From NCBI GenBank assembly GCA_041288095.1, contig JBGGMJ010000032.1, positions 1 to 21,382 on the forward strand: a stretch of 21,382 nucleotides of DNA. Direction: 5' to 3'. Under the pieces are notes generated by a model that did not search any database, had not been told where the DNA came from, and was given only the letters and a program-made list of their open reading frames with translations. Shown here in pieces: positions 16,542-21,382 of this stretch (position 1 is the first letter of the stretch; the number at the start of each line of letters is the position of its first letter). Source of the DNA: Myxococcota bacterium (GTDB lineage Bacteria > Myxococcota > XYA12-FULL-58-9 > JALHOP01). A program made the translations under genes and the position numbers.

Positions 16542-16556
16542 GTGACACGTTGTCAC
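16542..16556. promoter_or_regulatory. palindrome GTGACA-N3-TGTCAC, candidate operator
   Basis: Perfect 6-bp inverted repeat in the divergent intergenic region. Confidence 0.4.
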
Positions 16557-16571
16557 TATTTCGGAAGCACG

Positions 16572-16589
16572 ACCTACCGATCGGTAGGT
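16572..16589. promoter_or_regulatory. perfect 18-bp palindrome, candidate TetR-family operator
   Basis: ACCTACCGATCGGTAGGT is its own reverse complement and lies 59 nt upstream of scoA. Confidence 0.7.
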
Positions 16590-16648
16590 ATTCCATTGCG
16601 CATTGCGTTGAATTGCTCTAATGGCGTGCGCGTTAGGGAAAAGAAACA

Positions 16649-17347
16649 ATGGCGAAAAAACTCCATGACGATGCCGCGCACGCCCTCAAAGGGTTGTTGT
16701 TCGACGGCATGACCATCGCCGCCGGCGGCTTCGGCCTCTGCGGCATCCCCGAAACCCTGATCCTCGCGATCCGCGATAGCGGCGTGAAGAATCTCACCGT
16801 CATCTCGAACAACGCCGGTGTCGACGAGTGGGGCCTTGGTCTGCTTTTGCGGACACGCCAGATCAAGAAGATGATCTCGTCCTACGTCGGCGAGAACAAA
16901 GAGTTCGAGCGTCAGTTCCTGGCCAAGGAGCTCGACCTCGAGTTCAACCCGCAGGGCACGCTGGCCGAACGTTTGCGCGCGGGTGGCGCCGGTATTGCCG
17001 GCTTCTACACCCGCACCGGCGTCGGCACCGTGGTGGCCGACGGCAAAGACTCCAAGGTCTTCAACGGCGAGACGTACATCCTCGAGACCGGCTTGGTCGC
17101 CGACCTCGCCATCGTCAAAGCCTGGCGCGGCGATTCCTTCGGGAACCTCCTGTACCGAAAGACCGCGCGGAACTTCAATCCGATGGTCGCGACCTGTAGC
17201 CGCAACACCGTCGCCGAAGTGGAAGAGCTCGTGCCGTCGATCGACGCCGACGTCGTCCACACGCCGAGCATCTACGTGCGTCGCATGATCAAAGCGGTGT
17301 CCAACGAGAAGCGCATCGAGAAGCGCATTACCCGCAAGGAGGCGTAA
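16649..17347 (+). CDS. scoA: 3-oxoacid CoA-transferase subunit A
   Basis: [47 protein letters not shown]. Confidence 0.93.
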   Translation: MAKKLHDDAAHALKGLLFDGMTIAAGGFGLCGIPETLILAIRDSGVKNLTVISNNAGVDEWGLGLLLRTRQIKKMISSYVGENKEFERQFLAKELDLEFNPQGTLAERLRAGGAGIAGFYTRTGVGTVVADGKDSKVFNGETYILETGLVADLAIVKAWRGDSFGNLLYRKTARNFNPMVATCSRNTVAEVEELVPSIDADVVHTPSIYVRRMIKAVSNEKRIEKRITRKEA

Positions 17348-17348
17348 C

Positions 17349-17987
17349 ATGCCTTGGGATCGCAACCAGATGGCGGCGCGCGCGGCGCGCGAGCTCAAAG
17401 ACGGCTTTTACGTGAACCTGGGCATCGGCATCCCGACCCTCGTCGCCGCCAACATCCCCGCCGGGATGGACGTCACGCTGCAGTCGGAGAACGGTATCTT
17501 GGGCCTCGGTCCCTACCCGCTCGACAAGGAAGTCGACGCCGACCTGATCAACGCCGGCAAAGAGACCATCACCGAGATCGCCGGCTCGTCGTACTTCTCC
17601 TCGTCGGACAGCTTCGCGATGATCCGCGGCGGCCACATCGACCTGTCGGTGCTCGGCGCCATGGAGGTCGCCGAGAACGGTGACATCGCCAACTGGATGG
17701 TGCCCGGCAAGATGGTGAAGGGCATGGGCGGCGCGATGGACCTGGTCGCCGGCGTGCGCCGCATCGTCGTGCTCATGGAGCACGTAAGCAAGGACGGCAC
17801 CTCGAAGCTCCGCAAGAAGTGCACGCTGCCGCTGACCGGCGCGAACGTCGTCGACATGGTGATCACCGATCTCGCGGTCTTCGCGCGCGACGGCCGCAAG
17901 GGACCATTCAAGCTCATCGAGCTCGCGCCTGGGGTCACACCAGAGCAGGTGAAAGCTTCGACCGAAGCGCACTACGTCAGCGGCTGA
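17349..17987 (+). CDS. scoB: 3-oxoacid CoA-transferase subunit B
   Basis: [10 protein letters not shown], catalytic [35 protein letters not shown]. Confidence 0.93.
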   Translation: MPWDRNQMAARAARELKDGFYVNLGIGIPTLVAANIPAGMDVTLQSENGILGLGPYPLDKEVDADLINAGKETITEIAGSSYFSSSDSFAMIRGGHIDLSVLGAMEVAENGDIANWMVPGKMVKGMGGAMDLVAGVRRIVVLMEHVSKDGTSKLRKKCTLPLTGANVVDMVITDLAVFARDGRKGPFKLIELAPGVTPEQVKASTEAHYVSG

Positions 17988-17994
17988 GCACGGC

Positions 17995-19437
17995 ATGCAC
18001 CCGGCGCTCGGGCCACTCGATCGGTTCCTGAAGACGGCGCTGTCGGCCCTCGACGCGCCACCGGGAGACGGTCGCGCGGAGGCGGAGGCGCTCTACCGTG
18101 ATGTCCGCGAAAGCGTCCCGGCATACCGCGCCTTCGTGCCCGGCGCGCCCGCCTTCGACGCCCTGCCGCTCGTCACCAAGGACGATTACATCAAGAAGTT
18201 CCCCTTGGCGGAGCGCTGCCGCGAGGGCCGCATCGCGCCGAGCGACTTCCTGGCGCTCTCATCGGGCTCGACGGGCGAGCCCACCGTCTGGCTGCGCTCG
18301 GTGGCGCACGAGATGCCCGTTGCCGTCCGCTTCGAGCAAGTGCTCGCCGATACCTGCGGCGCGCGCGACAAGAGCACGCTAGGCGTCGTCTGCTTCCCGC
18401 TCGGCACCTGGGTCGGCGGCATGTACACCACGCTCGCGTGCCGCTGGGTGGCGCTGAAGGGCTACCCGCTGACCCTGGCGACACCCGGCAACAACGTCGG
18501 CGAGATCTTGAAGGTCGTGCGCGAGCTCGGCGCGAGCTTCGACCAAGTCGTGCTCTTCGGCTATCCACCATTCCTCAAGGATGTCGTCGATAGCGGACAC
18601 AGCCAAGGCCTCGACTGGCCGAAGCACCACGTGAAGCTCGTGCTCGCCGGCGAGGTCGTGAGCGAATCTTGGCGCACGCTAATGGCGGAGCGATTGGGCC
18701 AGCGCGACATCCTGCGGGGCTCATCGTCGCTCTACGGCACCGCCGACGCCGGAGTCCTCGGCTGCGAGTCGCCGGTGTCGATCGCCATCCGACGCTTTCT
18801 CGCCGAGCGCGCCGACCTCGCGCGGAGCATCTTCGGCAAGACGCGCCTCCCGACCCTCGTGCAATACGATCCGCGCGTGCGCTACTTCGAGGTCCACGAG
18901 GGCACCCTCGTCGTCACCGCCGACGGCGGGACGCCGCTCGTCCGCTATCACATCGCCGACGATGGTGGCGTCTACGGCTTCGAAGAGCTGCTCGAACGCT
19001 GCCGCGTGGCCGGTTTCGATGCTCGCGCCGCGGTCGGTGATGCCCCGGTGCGCCCGCTCCCCTTCGTCTACGTGTTCGGCCGCTCGCGCTTCGCCCTGTC
19101 GATCTACGGCGCCAATGTTTTTCCCGAGACCATGGCGCTTGCTCTCGAGCAACCGGCGGTCGCGGCGCAGGTCACCGGAAAGTTCGTCATGCATGTGCTC
19201 ACGGACGCCGAGCAGAACAAGCAGCTCGCCGTGGCGGTGGAGCTCGCGACCGGTGTCGAAGCGCACGCCGAGCTCGAGGCGCGGGTCACGCTCGCCATCA
19301 CGCGCGAGCTCGAGCAGCGCAACAGCGAGTACTGGAGCTACGTGCCGGCCGCGCGTCGCGTGCCCAAAGTCGGGCTCTACCCGCGGCAGCATCCCGAGTG
19401 GTTCCCGACCGGTGTAAAGCATCGCTATTCGCGCTAG
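17995..19437 (+). CDS. phenylacetate-CoA ligase (PaaK)-like adenylate-forming enzyme
   Basis: LPLVTKDDY, P-loop SSGSTGEPT, GYPPFLKD, LYGTADAG, PLVRYHIAD, FGRS...YGANVFPE. Confidence 0.85.
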   Translation: MHPALGPLDRFLKTALSALDAPPGDGRAEAEALYRDVRESVPAYRAFVPGAPAFDALPLVTKDDYIKKFPLAERCREGRIAPSDFLALSSGSTGEPTVWLRSVAHEMPVAVRFEQVLADTCGARDKSTLGVVCFPLGTWVGGMYTTLACRWVALKGYPLTLATPGNNVGEILKVVRELGASFDQVVLFGYPPFLKDVVDSGHSQGLDWPKHHVKLVLAGEVVSESWRTLMAERLGQRDILRGSSSLYGTADAGVLGCESPVSIAIRRFLAERADLARSIFGKTRLPTLVQYDPRVRYFEVHEGTLVVTADGGTPLVRYHIADDGGVYGFEELLERCRVAGFDARAAVGDAPVRPLPFVYVFGRSRFALSIYGANVFPETMALALEQPAVAAQVTGKFVMHVLTDAEQNKQLAVAVELATGVEAHAELEARVTLAITRELEQRNSEYWSYVPAARRVPKVGLYPRQHPEWFPTGVKHRYSR

Positions 19438-19624
19438 AGGTCCGAGAGAAGCGCCGGCCCGGCGGCATGGCCGAGCTTGACCTCATCACCTTGGGCCCCC
19501 AAGTGGGGGCCGCGCTCGGGGGCGGAAGTAGGTCTGGGTTTCGTTGCCCCCGTTGTGTGGGGCGCAGCCGGCACTCGGAATCGTGGTGCCCCCGCGAAAC
19601 TGGCGATAAAACAAAGAGTCTCGA

Positions 19625-19640
19625 TGGCGCGCGTCTTGCG
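19625..19640 (+). promoter_or_regulatory. sigma54 (-24/-12) promoter candidate
   Basis: TGGCGCG-CGTC-TTGCG with correct GG/GC spacing, just upstream of ATG 19657. Confidence 0.55.
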
Positions 19641-19656
19641 TGCCTCCTGACCCGGC

Positions 19657-21273
19657 ATGCGGCGGCATCAAATCATCCTTCCCATGGCGCTCCTGTTCGC
19701 GGGCGCTTGCACCGGCGAGATCGGTGACACGGGCCCGTCGACGCTGACGCCCGAACCACTCGTGCTCATGGCGCCACAGGTGCGGCGACTCACGGCGCTG
19801 CAGTACGGCAACACCGTCCGCGCGGCTCTCGGCGACGTCTTCCAGACGGCGGACTTCCCGTTGTTCAACGACGATATCCCGACCTTAGGCTTCGCCAACG
19901 ACGCACGGATCCTGCGAATCAGCGACACCAACATCGAGTCCCTCTACAGCCAGACCTCGGGCCTCGCGGCGCGCGCCGTGGTCGCGGTGCCGCGGCTCGC
20001 TGCCTGCGTGTCCGCGACAACCGACACGTGTTTCGGGACGCTGCTCGACGAGCTCGGGCCGCGCTTGTGGCGACGACCGGTGACCCAGGAAGAGCGCGAC
20101 GACCTCCTGGCGACCGTCGCTGGAGTCGCCGCGTCGACCACGCGAGCGGAGCGCGTCGAGTTGCTCGCGCACATCCTCCTCGCGTCGCCCCACCTCCTCT
20201 ACCGCACCGAGCTCGGCGTCCTCGATGAGAGCCTGGCGTCCCTCACCGATTACGAGATTGCGAGCGCCCTGTCATACGCCCTCTGGAACGGCCCCCCCGA
20301 CGACGAGCTCTTCGACATCGCCGCCGGCGGCGCGCTTCACGACGAAGCGACGCTCTTGTCTCAGGTGCAACGTCTCACCGACGACGAGCGTTACGTCGAG
20401 GCGCTCACCGAATTCTATATCGACTACCTCAAGCTCGACACCCTGCTGACGAAGACGAAGCTACCGTCGCTCGGCCTCACGCCCGAGGTCCGCGCCGCCC
20501 TCATTGCCGGTGCCCGCGAGGACATCCGCGCCACCTTCCGGCAAAGCGGAGCGACTCTCGCCGACCCCTTCGCATCGCAAGCCGCGCACATCAATTCTCT
20601 CACCGCGCCATTTTTCGGGATGACCTCGGGCTCGGCGGCGCTGCAGAGCGTGGCGCTTCCGCCAAGTGAGCGACACGGCGTCCTCACCCATCCGGCGTTC
20701 CTCTCGGTCCACGCAGGTGAAGGCGAGAGCGGTATCGTCAAGCGCGGTGTCTTCACGCTCGAGCAACTCTTGTGCTTCGGCTTGGGCTCACCGCCCGACA
20801 ATGTAACGCCGCTCACCGAGCTGCCCCCCGGCTTCGACCCCGCGAACGAGACCTCGCGACGCGTGCTCTTCGTCCAACACACCTCGCAAGCCGCGTGCAT
20901 CGGGTGCCATCAGATCATCGATCCAGCTGGCGCGGGCTACGAGAACTTCGACGCCGCTGGCCGCTATCGCACCACCGAAAAAGCGGCGAACCTCCCCATC
21001 GATGCTTCGGGCGAGCTGCGCATCGGCGAGGAGGTCCTCACCTTTGCCAACAGCGTCGAGTACGCCCAGGGCCTCGCGGGCTCGCAAGGCCTGCGCAGCT
21101 GTCTGGCCGAGCGTTTCGCTACTTATCTATTCGGCGGGCCACCCAACGACGTCGAGCGCTACCGCTTCGTGGACGCTGTCCGCGAAGCGAGTCCGGACAT
21201 CAAACGTATCGCCGAGCTCCTCGTCGCGAGCCCCAGCTTCGTCCAGCGCGAGCTACCGAGGAGCACCCCATGA
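19657..21273 (+). CDS. DUF1592/DUF1588/DUF1595-type lipoprotein with CxxCH motif
   Basis: Lipobox FAGAC; RRLT..QY.NTV; SPHLLYRTELG; LTDYEIASALSY.LW..PPD; GVLTHPAFL; CIGCH (20896-20910); ENFDAAGRYR. Confidence 0.88.
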   Translation: MRRHQIILPMALLFAGACTGEIGDTGPSTLTPEPLVLMAPQVRRLTALQYGNTVRAALGDVFQTADFPLFNDDIPTLGFANDARILRISDTNIESLYSQTSGLAARAVVAVPRLAACVSATTDTCFGTLLDELGPRLWRRPVTQEERDDLLATVAGVAASTTRAERVELLAHILLASPHLLYRTELGVLDESLASLTDYEIASALSYALWNGPPDDELFDIAAGGALHDEATLLSQVQRLTDDERYVEALTEFYIDYLKLDTLLTKTKLPSLGLTPEVRAALIAGAREDIRATFRQSGATLADPFASQAAHINSLTAPFFGMTSGSAALQSVALPPSERHGVLTHPAFLSVHAGEGESGIVKRGVFTLEQLLCFGLGSPPDNVTPLTELPPGFDPANETSRRVLFVQHTSQAACIGCHQIIDPAGAGYENFDAAGRYRTTEKAANLPIDASGELRIGEEVLTFANSVEYAQGLAGSQGLRSCLAERFATYLFGGPPNDVERYRFVDAVREASPDIKRIAELLVASPSFVQRELPRSTP

Positions 21274-21382
21274 AGCCCATCGACCGCCGCCATTTCTTGA
21301 AGGGCCTCACCGCGGGCGCGGGCGTCGCCAGCATGTTCTTCAACTCGCCGGTGGCCCGCGGCCAAACCACCGTGGCGCCGGT
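21270..21382 (+). CDS. Tat-exported protein, partial (probably DUF1552 family)
   Basis: ATGA overlap; MKPIDRRHFLKGLTAGAG twin-arginine signal. DUF1552 is inferred only from its usual pairing with DUF1592 genes. Confidence 0.7.
   Translation, partial: MKPIDRRHFLKGLTAGAGVASMFFNSPVARGQTTVAP

Overview
High-GC bacterial chromosomal window. Gene content suggests Myxococcota or a related deltaproteobacterial lineage (inference). The left end (minus strand) holds the 5' end of a 23S rRNA gene preceded by tRNA-Ala(TGC) and tRNA-Ile(GAT), each with its own sigma70-like promoter and with no 16S gene upstream, i.e. an apparently unlinked rRNA locus. Next is a minus-strand run of four small membrane proteins (DUF883/YtxH-like), dusB and an acyl-CoA dehydrogenase-fold gene behind a sigma54-like site, then a histidine phosphatase. 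A plus-strand run follows: TonB/TolA-like protein, outer-membrane barrel, gloA, a tandem PARP-type zinc-finger protein, a REP-like doublet and a small protein/membrane sensor pair. The most interesting block (9.4-15.6 kb) has two duplicated lipoproteins sharing a bipartite upstream motif, an ECF sigma factor, a zinc-binding membrane anti-sigma, a thrombospondin type 3 lipoprotein, a third lipoprotein and a signal-peptide-bearing caspase-fold protease, which together form a candidate protease-gated envelope signalling system. The right end has two orphan genes, a perfect 18-bp operator-like palindrome before scoA/scoB and a PaaK-like ligase, and a DUF1592-type/Tat-protein pair behind a second sigma54-like site. 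All calls come from reading the sequence; no searches were run.
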